NCBI GenBank assembly: GCA_903900335.1
Contig: CAIUMP010000056.1
Span: 157,020-221,019, forward strand
Origin: an uncultured Ignavibacteriota bacterium
GTDB lineage: Bacteria > Bacteroidota > Ignavibacteria > Palsa-1295
Direction of reading: 5' to 3'
Length of the DNA: 64,000 bases
Shown here: positions 7,192 to 17,541 of the stretch, piece by piece
Position numbering within the stretch: position 1 is the first letter of the stretch
Layout: each line of letters opens with the position of its first letter
Made by a program: the position numbers and the translations under genes
Notes under the pieces: model-generated
Told to the model about the DNA's origin: nothing
The model's input: the letters and a program-made list of their open reading frames with translations, nothing else
The model's database searches: none

Positions 7192-9408
7192 GTGCCCAGA
7201 GTGATTATGCTAAAGACCGTTCTGTTTTCCCTCGTCCTCCTTGCCGCGATTGCCGGCATCATCGTTAATGCAAAAAGGCTGATCGACTTCCTGCGTCTCG
7301 GCTCATGGACCAACCGTTTCGACAAGCCCTCGCAGCGCGTCCGCCGCGTGCTGACGATCGCTATCGGTCAGACGAAGATCTTCCGCGATCCCGTCGCCGG
7401 CCCCATCCACGCGTTCATCTTCTGGGGCTTTATGGTGCTGCTCTTCGCGGTCATCGAGTCCATTGGCGAGGGACTCAGCGGTGGCAACTTCTCGCTCTCA
7501 TTTTTGGGGCCGGTCTATTCTGTCATGACCGTCTCGCAGGACATCTTCGTCGCGCTTATCGTCCTGAGCGTTATCATCTCTCTGTGGCGTCGCTTCGTCT
7601 CGCGAGTTAAGCGCTTGCAAGGTGATGTGCATGAGAAGACAGACGCGGCTGTTATTCTCGTTGCTATCGCGGTCATCGTTAGCTCGCTTACCATTGCGAA
7701 CGCATCGCGTATTGCCATGGGTGGTCGTTACGGCTGGGAAGTGCGCCCGCTGGCCTCGTGGCTCGCTGGAATGCTGAATGGTGGCGGTGCCTCTGTCGTG
7801 ACATCTGGTCTAACGTTACTCTATGAATCGACCTGGTGGATTCACATCACCTTCGTCCTCGGCTTCCTCAACTATCTCCCTTACTCGAAGCATCTGCATG
7901 TGATGACATCCCTTCCCAATGTCTATCTCGCTGATCTAAAGAAGAAGAATTATCTCAAGCCCATCGACTTCACCGACGAGACGATCACCAAGTATGGCGC
8001 GGCCGACATCCAGGACCTCTCCTGGAAGCAACTCCTCGATGGCGACACCTGCACGCACTGCGGACGCTGCACCTCCGTGTGTCCCGCGAATATCACCGGC
8101 AAGATTCTCGATCCGCGACAGATCATCATCGCCACGCGCAATCGTATGCTCGACAAAGCGCCGTATCTCACAGCGCAAGGTGCGTACGGATTCGATACAT
8201 GGATGGGCGAGATCGTCAAGGCCAAAGTTGCAACGACAGGCGACACCATCGTTGACGAAGTCGTAACGCCGGAAGACAAGAGTGTAAGTCATGCCGAAGG
8301 AATGCTGCTCTTCCAGAAGCCGAAGCTGACGCGCGAGGAGGTCGAAGCCAAGAAGTTCGTTGGTGATTACATCCCGGAAGAAATGCTGTGGCAATGCACA
8401 ACGTGTCAGGCGTGTATGCAGGAGTGCCCCGTAATGATCGAGCACGTTGATGAGATCGTCGATCTACGCCGCAACCTTGTGATGATGGAGTCCAGCTTCC
8501 CGCCGGAGTTGCAATCGGCCTTCAGCAGCATGGAGAATAACTTCTCGCCGTGGGCTTTTTCCCCAAGCGAGCGCGGCGATTGGGCCAATGGAATGGGCAT
8601 TCAAACGTTCGCAGAATATGCGGCATCACAAGTGGCTAATCCAACACCCGCAAATCAGACTCCACCAATTCTATTCTGGGTTGGCTGCGCTGGCTCGTTC
8701 GATCAACGCGCGAAGAAGATCACGCAGGCATTCGCGGAGTTGATGCAGTTATCGAACATCGACTTCCGCATTCTCGGCAACGAGGAAAAATGCACGGGCG
8801 ATCCCGCGCGGCGTATGGGCAATGAGTATCTCGCGCAGATGCTCATTCGCGAGAATGTCGAGACGCTCAATCGTTATCATGTGCAGAAGGTCGTGACGAC
8901 GTGTCCGCATTGCTTCAACGCGATCAAGAACGAGTGGAAGGATTTCGACGGACATTATGAGGTAGTGCATCACACGGAGTTCATCACCGAGCTGCTCAAC
9001 ACCGGCAAGATCAAACCGACGAAAGAATTGCTCGACCGCGTAACGTATCACGACTCCTGCTATCTCGGCCGCTCGAACAATATTTACGACGCACCCCGCG
9101 CCGCGCTCGAAGCGATACCCGGACTCGACATCGTCGAGATGGATCGTTCAAAATCAAAGGGGATGTGCTGCGGCGCTGGCGGCGGACAAATGTGGATGGA
9201 AGAGAAGCAAGGAAAGCGCATCAACATCGAGCGCACCGAGCAAGCGCTCGAAGCTCTCGGCCGCGGCGACATTCACGACGGCCAGACCGTCGCCTCCGCC
9301 TGCCCCTTCTGCATGACGATGATGTCCGATGGCGTCAAAGCCAAAGGCGAGGGCGATAACGTCCGCGTGCGCGATATTGCGGAGATCGTGCTGGAGGCGG
9401 TGCGGTAA
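7192..9408 (+). CDS. membrane-bound Fe-S oxidoreductase: an N-terminal polytopic (NarI/HdrE-like) domain fused to an HdrD/GlcF/GlpC-like 2x[4Fe-4S] + 2xCCG module
   Basis: The first ~230 aa have 5 predicted TM helices with conserved His residues. Two ferredoxin motifs follow ([12 protein letters not shown] and [12 protein letters not shown]). Two cysteine-rich CCG domains follow those ([10 protein letters not shown]…TTCPHCFN…HDSCYLGR…CCGAGGG). Confidence 0.8.
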   Translation: MPRVIMLKTVLFSLVLLAAIAGIIVNAKRLIDFLRLGSWTNRFDKPSQRVRRVLTIAIGQTKIFRDPVAGPIHAFIFWGFMVLLFAVIESIGEGLSGGNFSLSFLGPVYSVMTVSQDIFVALIVLSVIISLWRRFVSRVKRLQGDVHEKTDAAVILVAIAVIVSSLTIANASRIAMGGRYGWEVRPLASWLAGMLNGGGASVVTSGLTLLYESTWWIHITFVLGFLNYLPYSKHLHVMTSLPNVYLADLKKKNYLKPIDFTDETITKYGAADIQDLSWKQLLDGDTCTHCGRCTSVCPANITGKILDPRQIIIATRNRMLDKAPYLTAQGAYGFDTWMGEIVKAKVATTGDTIVDEVVTPEDKSVSHAEGMLLFQKPKLTREEVEAKKFVGDYIPEEMLWQCTTCQACMQECPVMIEHVDEIVDLRRNLVMMESSFPPELQSAFSSMENNFSPWAFSPSERGDWANGMGIQTFAEYAASQVANPTPANQTPPILFWVGCAGSFDQRAKKITQAFAELMQLSNIDFRILGNEEKCTGDPARRMGNEYLAQMLIRENVETLNRYHVQKVVTTCPHCFNAIKNEWKDFDGHYEVVHHTEFITELLNTGKIKPTKELLDRVTYHDSCYLGRSNNIYDAPRAALEAIPGLDIVEMDRSKSKGMCCGAGGGQMWMEEKQGKRINIERTEQALEALGRGDIHDGQTVASACPFCMTMMSDGVKAKGEGDNVRVRDIAEIVLEAVR

Positions 9409-9414
9409 GCTTCT

Positions 9415-10848
9415 TTAATTCAACTTCACGAATGACTTGAATAAATAGCCTTCGGATGTCCATAAACCAAGCACGAAAATTCCTGCATGAAGCTTGGACA
9501 AATCGACATCTCCCACCGTGCCGCGCGAGGAAATCAGTGGACATGCGTATGACGACCCCAGCACATCTATTGCCTCCACGCGCTCAATGGGCAGCGAACC
9601 AGCGACATCGAAATGAAGCACCGAACTTACGGGGTTAGGTGTAAGATCGATGTGAGATTGTGAAGCCTGGGAAGCGCTCCGCACGCTGGATACGGGAGGC
9701 CCGACATACCGCATCACGTAACCAGCGGTTGAATCGTGAAACGTTGTTCCAGTGACCGTGTCGTTTCCAACCGCCCAGCCATGCGAGGCATCGGTAAAGC
9801 AGAGTGCGTTGATGAGGAGACCCTTCGCGCTCACCGAATCAATCTTCCAATGCACTCCGTCGGTACTCATGGCGAGAAGGCTTGCCGGGTGTAGTGAAGT
9901 GAGTGTATCCCCGCTCGATATTGCGGCCCAAACAGCACCCCCTGCAGCTCCCATCGCTGCAATGCGACCCAGAAATATTGTAGAGCCCGTCCATGTCTCG
10001 CCCGTGTCCGTACTGAGGTAGTACGAGTTGGGGTATATCACATTCTGTCTAAAACCGTTTGTAATATAGGAGTGATAAAGCCAAATTCTCTTCGTTCCTA
10101 TCTCCGCCACGATCGGCCCAGTTGCGCTATAGTCGTTTTTGTTATTGGTATCAGGAAAAGGCTGGAAATGGTAAGCCCAATGGACTCCGCCATCGACCGT
10201 CTTAACAAAGCCAACGCCCGCGCTCGTGTCAGACTGCGACCCCCCCGGGCTGAGGCATGTTAAACTATCCAGCCAAAGTTCACCGAACGGTGCTGTTCCC
10301 GAGTTTGATTCAAAAGTACCATCTGATCGTTTCAGAGCAAAGGACTTCGCGCTGTCTTCTGTCTTGTAAATGTCCACATCGTTAGTCGAAAGGCCATAGC
10401 CGGACGAAGCCGAAAACATGTGAAGATGATCAAAGCTGGTAAGTTGGTATTTCCGATGAATCCACGTTGCACCAGAATCGAAGCTACACAAGTCGGAAGG
10501 GCTCATGTACACGACCTCGCGTGCAGGCGTAGAAATTTCAGGTCCAGATTGAAAAGTCGTAAAACTCGAATCAAGCACCGGGTCGATCTCATTCCATGAT
10601 TGCCCTGCGTCGAAAGTCCGAAAAAGGCGATAGTAGGCATACGGTTTTGAGGGAACGGGCCGAGAGAGGGAAATACCCCCGACATAACCCACCATACTGT
10701 CGACAAAGTGGACTTGCGTCGCAAGAAAATAATTTGCGATCTTCATTCTGCTCCACCCCGAGGATTGGGCGAGTGTATCGCCAAATCCCACAATGTTAAA
10801 GATTGAGATAATGATCGCAATTCGTTTGATACTTGTGTTCGGTCTCAT
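9415..10848 (-). CDS. secreted BNR/Asp-box (Ycf48-like) repeat protein with a T9SS C-terminal sorting domain
   Basis: It has an N-terminal signal peptide (MRPNTSIKRIAIIISIFNIVGF…AQS). BNR-like S/T-x-D-x-G-x-x-W motifs recur (DAGQSWNEI, DSGATWIH, DGGVHWAY, DTGETWTG, DGVHWKID). The C-terminus (…LTPNPVSSVLHFDV…VEAIDVLG…GIFVLGLW…KLN) fits the T9SS C-terminal domain. Confidence 0.65.
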   Translation of the reverse strand: MRPNTSIKRIAIIISIFNIVGFGDTLAQSSGWSRMKIANYFLATQVHFVDSMVGYVGGISLSRPVPSKPYAYYRLFRTFDAGQSWNEIDPVLDSSFTTFQSGPEISTPAREVVYMSPSDLCSFDSGATWIHRKYQLTSFDHLHMFSASSGYGLSTNDVDIYKTEDSAKSFALKRSDGTFESNSGTAPFGELWLDSLTCLSPGGSQSDTSAGVGFVKTVDGGVHWAYHFQPFPDTNNKNDYSATGPIVAEIGTKRIWLYHSYITNGFRQNVIYPNSYYLSTDTGETWTGSTIFLGRIAAMGAAGGAVWAAISSGDTLTSLHPASLLAMSTDGVHWKIDSVSAKGLLINALCFTDASHGWAVGNDTVTGTTFHDSTAGYVMRYVGPPVSSVRSASQASQSHIDLTPNPVSSVLHFDVAGSLPIERVEAIDVLGSSYACPLISSRGTVGDVDLSKLHAGIFVLGLWTSEGYLFKSFVKLN

Positions 10849-11436
10849 CTAATTTCCGCTCTCACAGCAATTCTTGTAACCACCCCCTCCATTTGGCACA
10901 TGCGATGGGTCGATGGTACAGCTACTACCATCATCGAACGTGATAGTCCAGAGGCACTTGGTGCAGGCGTGACAGAGCTCCGTCATGAACCATTCTCCCG
11001 TTGCAACTTCACCAGCGGTGGAAGTCGGATTAAATTCGACAGTAAACGCCGAAGTCGCATCGCCGCAACCGCCGAAAGCCAAATAATGTGATGTCCAGTT
11101 CGTATTGGTTCCGTTATAGCGGAGCGCGTAACAGATAGTATAGCTGCTGTCTGGCGGGGGAGTGCAGTCGATATCGATCTTCGATATCTTTTTTAGCGAA
11201 TATCGGTTCTGAAGTGAGTACTGCCTACAGCTCAAATTGGGCAGCGGGGGATCGCATACGCTCTGACAGGGAGACTCGTCGTTATGGCATTGAAAAATAA
11301 TCTGTTCGATCGGAAGCTGGGGAGGAGGAGGATCGGGCTGATTGACCGTACACGGAGTTTGTGCGTGCACGCTCTGAGTCATAGATACTGTGCTTAATAC
11401 GGCAAGGAGTATTGCAAAATACGCGGTTCGTTTCAT
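10849..11436 (-). CDS. secreted cysteine/proline-rich hypothetical protein
   Basis: It has a signal peptide (MKRTAYFAILLAVLSTVSMTQSVHAQ) and ~16 Cys in 170 mature residues. Its stop abuts the start of the downstream BNR/T9SS gene (10848/10849), so it is co-transcribed. Confidence 0.55.
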   Translation of the reverse strand: MKRTAYFAILLAVLSTVSMTQSVHAQTPCTVNQPDPPPPQLPIEQIIFQCHNDESPCQSVCDPPLPNLSCRQYSLQNRYSLKKISKIDIDCTPPPDSSYTICYALRYNGTNTNWTSHYLAFGGCGDATSAFTVEFNPTSTAGEVATGEWFMTELCHACTKCLWTITFDDGSSCTIDPSHVPNGGGGYKNCCESGN

Positions 11437-11461
11437 GGTGATTGTGTTTGAAATGTCCGAT

Positions 11462-12524
11462 TTAGAATGGAGTTAATTGCAGGAGTCCTTTATCCGTAGC
11501 TGCGAGTAGCCCGCCATCAGGTCGGTATTTCAGCGACCATACGTACCACCCGCCGAGAGTATCGATCCCTTTCCAGGAATTCCCTCGATCAAGTGATTCA
11601 TACATGCATGATTTACGCCTACCGTCATGGTTCGGACCAAAGTACCCAATGCAAATTCTTGAGGGATTCATTCGATCGATGTCAATCGCCCAGCCTGGGA
11701 ATCCATTCTTATGAGACGATAACCGCGTACTACCATACGAGAGATAGCAGTTCATACCGGTGGAATCGTAGGCGTCCGTTGTACATACAGCAAGTGTTCC
11801 GGCAACACCAGCTACTTTCGGAAGTTCTCTGCCATCGAGTCCTGTGCCACTTAGAATGGTTGTCCATGACCTCCCTGTATCATCGCTCGACAGGACGATT
11901 CCGGGTCTCGAACAACTTAAGACAAATTGCTGGCCGCGTTCTGATTCTCTGCAAATCAGTGAGCAAGCGTATGATTTGATCGCAGTGTCTGCTTTAGCTG
12001 TCGTATCCCAACTGTTACCATAGTCTTTCGACGATAGAAGACCCGGGGGATAAATGCTTGCGGCGTAAATCGTGTGACTACCTTCCTCGAAATTTAGAAT
12101 TTCACCGCCGCCAGTCCCCGTGAATACTTTGGCGAAATGATAACCTGAATCACAGCTAAGAAATAAACTTCCCATGTGACCGTTCCAGCCCGCTACGAGA
12201 ATGCTGCCGTTAGGGAGAGGTACAATTTGCTTAATAACGTGACCATTTTCTATTGTTCCAAGCGGATGCCACGTGTCCGAAGCACTATTTCTAAAGTAGA
12301 GTGTGATTCGGCTGGATGCATAGATCGGCCACTGAGCTCGTTCGTTAACCGAGAAGAAAGATTCACAATGGCGAGGAAATAGCAACTCTTGCTTGTAACC
12401 ACCCGACGCGGAAGGAGAGCGGTAACCACTGAACGAAGCTAATAGGGCGAAGCAAAAAATTGCCCCCCCCCCATCGGTGGCGGAAACTCAATAACACACG
12501 ATCAATAGAGCGACGAAACCGCAT
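11462..12524 (-). CDS. secreted BNR/Asp-box repeat protein; the 5' end is interrupted by a frameshift in a G10 (plus-strand C10) homopolymer
   Basis: The track ORF 11462..12385 starts at a TTG and lacks a signal peptide. 35 codons upstream in the same frame still encode a hydrophobic core (…GGAIFCFALLASFSG…) but hit a stop with no start. An ATG at 12524 in the +1 frame encodes MRFRRSIDRVLLSFRHRW…, a signal-peptide n-region. The two frames join inside the homopolymer at 12463..12472. The body has BNR motifs (GNSWDTT, DTGRSWTT, DRGNSWKG). Confidence 0.55.
12463..12472. repeat. C10/G10 homopolymer tract at the signal-peptide junction of the BNR gene
   Basis: It reads tgcccccccccc atcgg on the plus strand. 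Removing one G restores a continuous ORF from the ATG at 12524 through the BNR body. Confidence 0.55.
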
Positions 12525-12842
12525 GGCGACAGTCCTCAGAGCTTAGAGCATTTCTTTAACTCGTAACAATATAACACAATTTTTGACAGGCATGGTAAAA
12601 ACAACCACCCTCCCCCATATAGGAAGGGCGGCCCCCCACGGCCGCCCCACTTTGTCGAATGATGGTGCGTCACCTTTCGGAGGCGCACCCTGACAACTCC
12701 CTGCTTTCGCAAACCTTTAGTCCCTCCCCTGTGCTGGGCCGAGGAGGGACTGAGAAAGAGATCATACCGTCACCCACTGTTACCGCCCAACTGGTTTCCC
12801 GGGCAACAATCGTTCGTGGGTTGGCTGGTCATTATTCCAAAT

Positions 12843-14981
12843 TTATCTCCCTGGATTGATAATGGTGTATCCAATTCTGATCTTGTCCGACGTGCTGTAG
12901 TTGGTCACGTTCGTTGCCGTCGGAATCATCCCGACACGAATATCGAACGCGCCCGACGTTCGGTTATCGACATCGACAAAGTACTCCGCTTGTTTGGCAT
13001 CCGGCAAAATGCCGTCATCTATCTTCGACAAAACGCTCACGATGACAATGCTCGATGCCGACGTATAGCGGTTGTTGATCGTGAGCGTGCCGAGGTTCTG
13101 GAATGTCCCCGCAGTCGGTGCCGCTGTAACAAGATTTCCAGTCGCGCCAAGCGTCAGTTCTATAACGCCGCTCGGTCCTTCGGCAGAGTATGATGTTCCC
13201 GCCGTTGCACCTTCGACGACTGCTCCCACACTTGGGCTTTGCGTCGTGCGTCCCATCGCGAACTCGCCGTCGTTCAGTTGCAGCGCCACGTTCGTCTGTC
13301 CTGCGGTGGTGTTGCCGTTACCAGTTGCCAGCACACCGATCGTGCCGGTGTTCGATGAGTTGGTATTCGTCGCCGTACCCCACACCCCTACCGCTTGGTT
13401 TGCAGTACTTCCGTTTGCGTTCGCATAGACCGCGGCAACTTCGTCCGTCGTACCCGTATAGAGCGAGTGAAATTGGTGCGTTGTAGTGGTCGTGTTCACT
13501 GCCACTTGACCGCTGGAGAGTATGCGCATTCTCTCCGTATTGTTCGTACGAAAGACCAGGGCCTGTGCATCGATCGTGCCGAGATAATTCGTAGAAGAGC
13601 TCGTGCCAGTATTACCCAAGGTACTCCAATAGAGATTGGACGTCGACGTCCAAACCGGTGCAGTGGCAGAGCCCGTTGAAGCCAGCACATAGCCTGATGT
13701 TCCCGCATTACCAGCAGGCATCAAAGCGCCGGAGAAGCGAAGATTACCTACAATATCAAGCGCTTCGGCAGGAGTTTGGGTACCGATACCCACCTTCGTT
13801 CCACCGCCGGAGTTGTAATAGACAACCGAGTTGTCTTGCGTAACTGTCGCTCCGACACCAAAGGCAAGGGAGTAATTGCCTGTCACGGTATTCGTATTAC
13901 CGCCGAGGATCGTTGAATAATTACCACACGCAGTGTTATTACTTCCACCGACCACAACGGAATAGGATCCGCACGCACTATTGAATTGGCCCGCGCAAAC
14001 TGCGGAGTAAGATCCCGTTGCCGAGTTGCTGGTGCCTCCGCCAACGCTGCTGTAATCACCACTTGCCGTATCTGAGGTGCCTCCGGCCACGACAGAGGCA
14101 TAACCCGTTGCGCGATCGAACTCGCCCCACGCCACCGAACCTGCCCCGGAGGCAAGGTTGCTAAGACCATCCGTTATGGAATAGGCACCAGAGGCCGTAC
14201 AGTTCGAGCCAACGCCAACAAGAGCAAACGTACCGCTACCGCGTTTCCACAAAGTATCGACACCGCCACCCCCGACAAAGCCGAACCCCTTCCAGGAGAG
14301 ATTGCCAGATCCGTCCGTGCAAAGGACGTAGTCTGTACCATTTCCATCCTGGGGAGGAAGGATATATGTTACGCTTGCCGTTTGGACGCCAGCTTTGAAT
14401 CCCGTGTATGTCGAACCAGACCCCGAGGGCTCATAGAATCGGAGCTCCTCCGCGTTGTTGGTCGTATTCGTGAGACCCACATTTCCTCCGGCATATACGC
14501 GCATGTGTTCTGTATTATTCGTGCGAATCACGAAATCGACCGAGTCCTTTGTACCAAGAAAATTGGTGCTTGCGTTTGTACCGGAGTTTCCAAGAATAAG
14601 CCAGCCAGAGCCAAGGAATGGCACCCAAGCCGTTCCGTTATAATAATAGAACGTGGAGGGATTCGAAGCATTTACGGAGTCCGTGCAATAGACAAGAAGA
14701 CCGGTCGCCGGAGATGCGATCGCGCTGCGTTGGGATTGCGTCATTCGTGGAACCAGCAGTCCACGCGACAAACTGGTAAGATCCAAGAGTGCGCTCGCGT
14801 CCGGCGAAACGGTACCGATGCCGACGTTACCTTGCGCGTGAACTGCGGGCACCAGCGAAGCAGTAAGGGCAGCCAATAGGATGAACGTGCAGGATAACCT
14901 TCGCAAGCATCGCACGCGTGCGCCCCGTGCCGCTCGCCGACGTGGCTCCATCATTTGTTGTTTGAAACGTGTGTATTGCAT
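12843..14981 (-). CDS. large secreted repeat protein, paralog type 1 (copy A): tail-fibre-like N-terminal module, YadA-head-like G/S/N repeats, conserved C-terminal domain
   Basis: It has a signal peptide (…CTFILLAALTASLVPAVHAQ). Next comes QGNVGIGTVSPDASALLDLTS…GLLVPRMTQSQRSAIASPATGLLVYCTDS…FYYYNGTAWVPFLGSGW, and this module recurs at ~aa 390 (KVGIGTQTPAEALDIVGN…). A 14-residue-period Gly/Ser/Asn repeat block follows (ASGDYSSVGGGTSNSATGSYSAVCAGQFNSACGSYSVVVGGSNNTACGNYSTILGG). The C-terminus is …YFVDVDNRTSGAFDIRVGMIPTATNVTNYSTSDKIRIGYTIINPGR. It is ~75% identical to copy C. Confidence 0.75.
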   Translation of the reverse strand: MQYTRFKQQMMEPRRRAARGARVRCLRRLSCTFILLAALTASLVPAVHAQGNVGIGTVSPDASALLDLTSLSRGLLVPRMTQSQRSAIASPATGLLVYCTDSVNASNPSTFYYYNGTAWVPFLGSGWLILGNSGTNASTNFLGTKDSVDFVIRTNNTEHMRVYAGGNVGLTNTTNNAEELRFYEPSGSGSTYTGFKAGVQTASVTYILPPQDGNGTDYVLCTDGSGNLSWKGFGFVGGGGVDTLWKRGSGTFALVGVGSNCTASGAYSITDGLSNLASGAGSVAWGEFDRATGYASVVAGGTSDTASGDYSSVGGGTSNSATGSYSAVCAGQFNSACGSYSVVVGGSNNTACGNYSTILGGNTNTVTGNYSLAFGVGATVTQDNSVVYYNSGGGTKVGIGTQTPAEALDIVGNLRFSGALMPAGNAGTSGYVLASTGSATAPVWTSTSNLYWSTLGNTGTSSSTNYLGTIDAQALVFRTNNTERMRILSSGQVAVNTTTTTHQFHSLYTGTTDEVAAVYANANGSTANQAVGVWGTATNTNSSNTGTIGVLATGNGNTTAGQTNVALQLNDGEFAMGRTTQSPSVGAVVEGATAGTSYSAEGPSGVIELTLGATGNLVTAAPTAGTFQNLGTLTINNRYTSASSIVIVSVLSKIDDGILPDAKQAEYFVDVDNRTSGAFDIRVGMIPTATNVTNYSTSDKIRIGYTIINPGR

Positions 14982-14986
14982 TCGGG

Positions 14987-17158
14987 CTACCTTCCTGCAT
15001 TAATGACGACATACCCAACCTGGATATTGTCCGATCCCTGATATCCCCCAGCATCGGTCACGAACGGGATCATCCCGATTCGCACCGTGCACGACCCTGC
15101 CGTTCGGCTTTCGACATTCACCTTATAGATGGAGTTCTTGGGGTCAGGAGAACCACCACCATTTATTTTGCCGACCACTCCAATCTGGATGATACTACTG
15201 GAAGTGATGTAGCGATTGTTGATCGTGACTGTGCCCAGATCCTGGAACACACCCGCCGTCGGGGGATTGGAAGAAAGATCCGTTTGAAGCGAAAGCTGAA
15301 TCACTCCCGATGGTCCCTGCTGTGAATAGAGCGTTCCTGCGGCTGCAGATCCCGTGACCGTACCGGCCGATGGTGCTTCCGTTGTTCTACCCATTGCGAA
15401 TTCACCCTGGCTGATCTGCAAAGCAACGTTGGTTGTCCCAGTTGTTACATTCCCGTTGCCCGTCGCGAGTACGGCAACGGTGCCAGTGTTCGATGTGCTT
15501 GTGTTATCGGCTCTGCCCCATATGCCAACCGACTGCGAGGCTGTGCTACCCGATGCAACGCCATAGATCGCTGCTGATTCATCCACAGTGCCAGTATACA
15601 GTGACGAGACCTGATGCGTAGTTGATGTGGTATTAATACCGAGGAGACCGGAGGAGCCGATGCGCGCACGCCCTGTGGCGGTCGTACGGATTGCGAAGTC
15701 CTGCGCGTCCGTCGTTCCAATGAAGTTCGTTACTGGGTTGCTCCCGAACGTGCCCGTAAGACCCCAGTTCGTCGATGGAATAGCAATCGTCCCCCACGTC
15801 GGCGGACTCCCACTCCCGGCTGATTTGAGATATTGCCCCGAACTTCCCCCGGAGCCATTTGGCTTGATCGCAAGGGAAAAACGTAAGTTACCAACGACAT
15901 CCGTCGCCTCTGCTGGGCTCGCTGTCATGATTCCCATTTTCACGGTGGGTGGAGTCGGAGGAAAAAAAATGAGCTGATTGCTTCCAGCAGGATGGAGATT
16001 CGCACCAAAGATCAGGTTATCCTGACCAGCCGTGCTGTTGTTTGCTCCGTTAATGATCACCGCCTCCGAGCCGCTGATGCTGTTTGAGCTACCATTCAGA
16101 ACCGTCGCATTGGTCCCTGAAGTAGAGTTGCTCGATCCACCGCCTACATAGGAGTTGTTGCCTGAAGAGTTATTCAGCCGCCCCCCTCGTACAGCACCGC
16201 TCTGCGAAGAGACCGTATTGTTGGAGCCTCCGGAGATTGTGCCGTCCTTGCCACTGGTTCGATTGCTATCACCGAACGCTACTGAACCTTGACCTGATGC
16301 CGTGCAATACTCCGTCGCAGAAATGGCATACTTTCCGCTGCTCTTGTTGCCAATACCATCACCTTCGAGTGCGTCTGATCCGCTTCCGCGATTCCACAAC
16401 GTTACCGAGCCGCCACCACCGATCGTTGCGAACGTGTGCCAGCTCATCGTGCCAAGGCTATCGACAAGCGCGGCGTTCGGGCTACCATCTCCTGGAGGAA
16501 GCAGGTAGTGAATAGTCGAGGTCTGTACACCTGCTTTGAATCCGGCAAAGAGAGAGCCGAGGCCCGAAGCTTCATAAAAGCGGAGTGCACCTGCTACATT
16601 TTGTGTGTTGGTAAGACCAATATCACCTCCATTAAAGAAGCGCATGCGCTCATACCCATTCGTCTTCTGCACAACATCCTGCGCATCCTTCGTGCCGAGA
16701 AAATTTGTGGAGGCGCTCGTTCCTGCGTCACCCGTCAGCGACCAACCCGAACCGACAAGTGGCGTCCAGATCGAACCGTTGTAATAGTAGAAATTGGTGT
16801 AGGTATTATCAAAGACGAAGTCACTGGTAGCCGGGGTGGTGATCGCCTGCATCTGTGCATCGGTCACGCGTGGCATGAGGAAGCCTTGCGTGGTTGACTC
16901 TAAATGCAAGAGCGCAGAGTTGTTCGCTGCGGCAGTTCCGATGGAGACATTTTGGGCACGTATTCCGGATGGGCACGTAAGTACCCACAGGAGAAGGCTA
17001 ACAACGATAATTGCCGATCCGAATCGTGCACGAGCAAATCGACACAACGGTTCGGGCACTGCTGAGTCAGTGCAATTACATTTGGATGACGGATCACCCA
17101 CGAATGCATCCAGAGCAATGGATGGCATGACGTATCCTGATGATGTTTTGGCAAACAA
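14987..17158 (-). CDS. large secreted repeat protein, paralog type 2 (copy B)
   Basis: It has a signal peptide (…FGSAIIVVSLLLWVLTCPSGIRAQ). Then come NVSIGTAAANNSALLHLESTTQGFLMPRVTDAQMQAITTPATSDFVFDNTYTNFYYYNGSIWTPLVGSGWSLTGDAGTSASTNFLGTKD, G/S/N-rich beta-roll-like repeats, and a C-terminus …YKVNVESRTAGSCTVRIGMIPFVTDAGGYQGSDNIQVGYVVINAGR. Its stop lies 5 nt from the start of copy A. Confidence 0.75.
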   Translation of the reverse strand: MFAKTSSGYVMPSIALDAFVGDPSSKCNCTDSAVPEPLCRFARARFGSAIIVVSLLLWVLTCPSGIRAQNVSIGTAAANNSALLHLESTTQGFLMPRVTDAQMQAITTPATSDFVFDNTYTNFYYYNGSIWTPLVGSGWSLTGDAGTSASTNFLGTKDAQDVVQKTNGYERMRFFNGGDIGLTNTQNVAGALRFYEASGLGSLFAGFKAGVQTSTIHYLLPPGDGSPNAALVDSLGTMSWHTFATIGGGGSVTLWNRGSGSDALEGDGIGNKSSGKYAISATEYCTASGQGSVAFGDSNRTSGKDGTISGGSNNTVSSQSGAVRGGRLNNSSGNNSYVGGGSSNSTSGTNATVLNGSSNSISGSEAVIINGANNSTAGQDNLIFGANLHPAGSNQLIFFPPTPPTVKMGIMTASPAEATDVVGNLRFSLAIKPNGSGGSSGQYLKSAGSGSPPTWGTIAIPSTNWGLTGTFGSNPVTNFIGTTDAQDFAIRTTATGRARIGSSGLLGINTTSTTHQVSSLYTGTVDESAAIYGVASGSTASQSVGIWGRADNTSTSNTGTVAVLATGNGNVTTGTTNVALQISQGEFAMGRTTEAPSAGTVTGSAAAGTLYSQQGPSGVIQLSLQTDLSSNPPTAGVFQDLGTVTINNRYITSSSIIQIGVVGKINGGGSPDPKNSIYKVNVESRTAGSCTVRIGMIPFVTDAGGYQGSDNIQVGYVVINAGR

Positions 17159-17541
17159 GATTGGTTCTGTAAACCAATCACAATAATTGAAGTCCGGTGG
17201 GGTTAAAGCGATACTAAGCGCGGAGTGGGGACCGGGCTCGCCTTATCGGACGTTGCAAACTATGAGCTATGTATAAGACAAGTCCAGCGGCAGAATTAGT
17301 GCTAGTGAGCTTGTTACGAATGAAGATTTCGGAAGAATTATTAAGTTTCATAGCGACACCAGTCCGCCATTGTTCCACATCTGTACACTCACATTGCAAA
17401 GTGGAATCCTTCTGTGCCACAGGAGCGCCGGGGCGAGAGGTTATCAGACACAGTCCATCATCGAAGTGGGTCTGATCAAACTCTCAGAAAGTATCTCTAA
17501 CAGGGTTCTGAACTAATCGCACGCACTCGCCTTGCCTCGAT

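Noticed and set aside
12626-12647. GC-rich inverted repeat gggcggcc-ccccac-ggccgccc between paralog A and the BNR gene
   Set aside because: I considered it as an intrinsic terminator for the paralog array. It lacks a T-rich tail in the transcribed (minus) orientation, so I do not call it. It may still form a stable hairpin.
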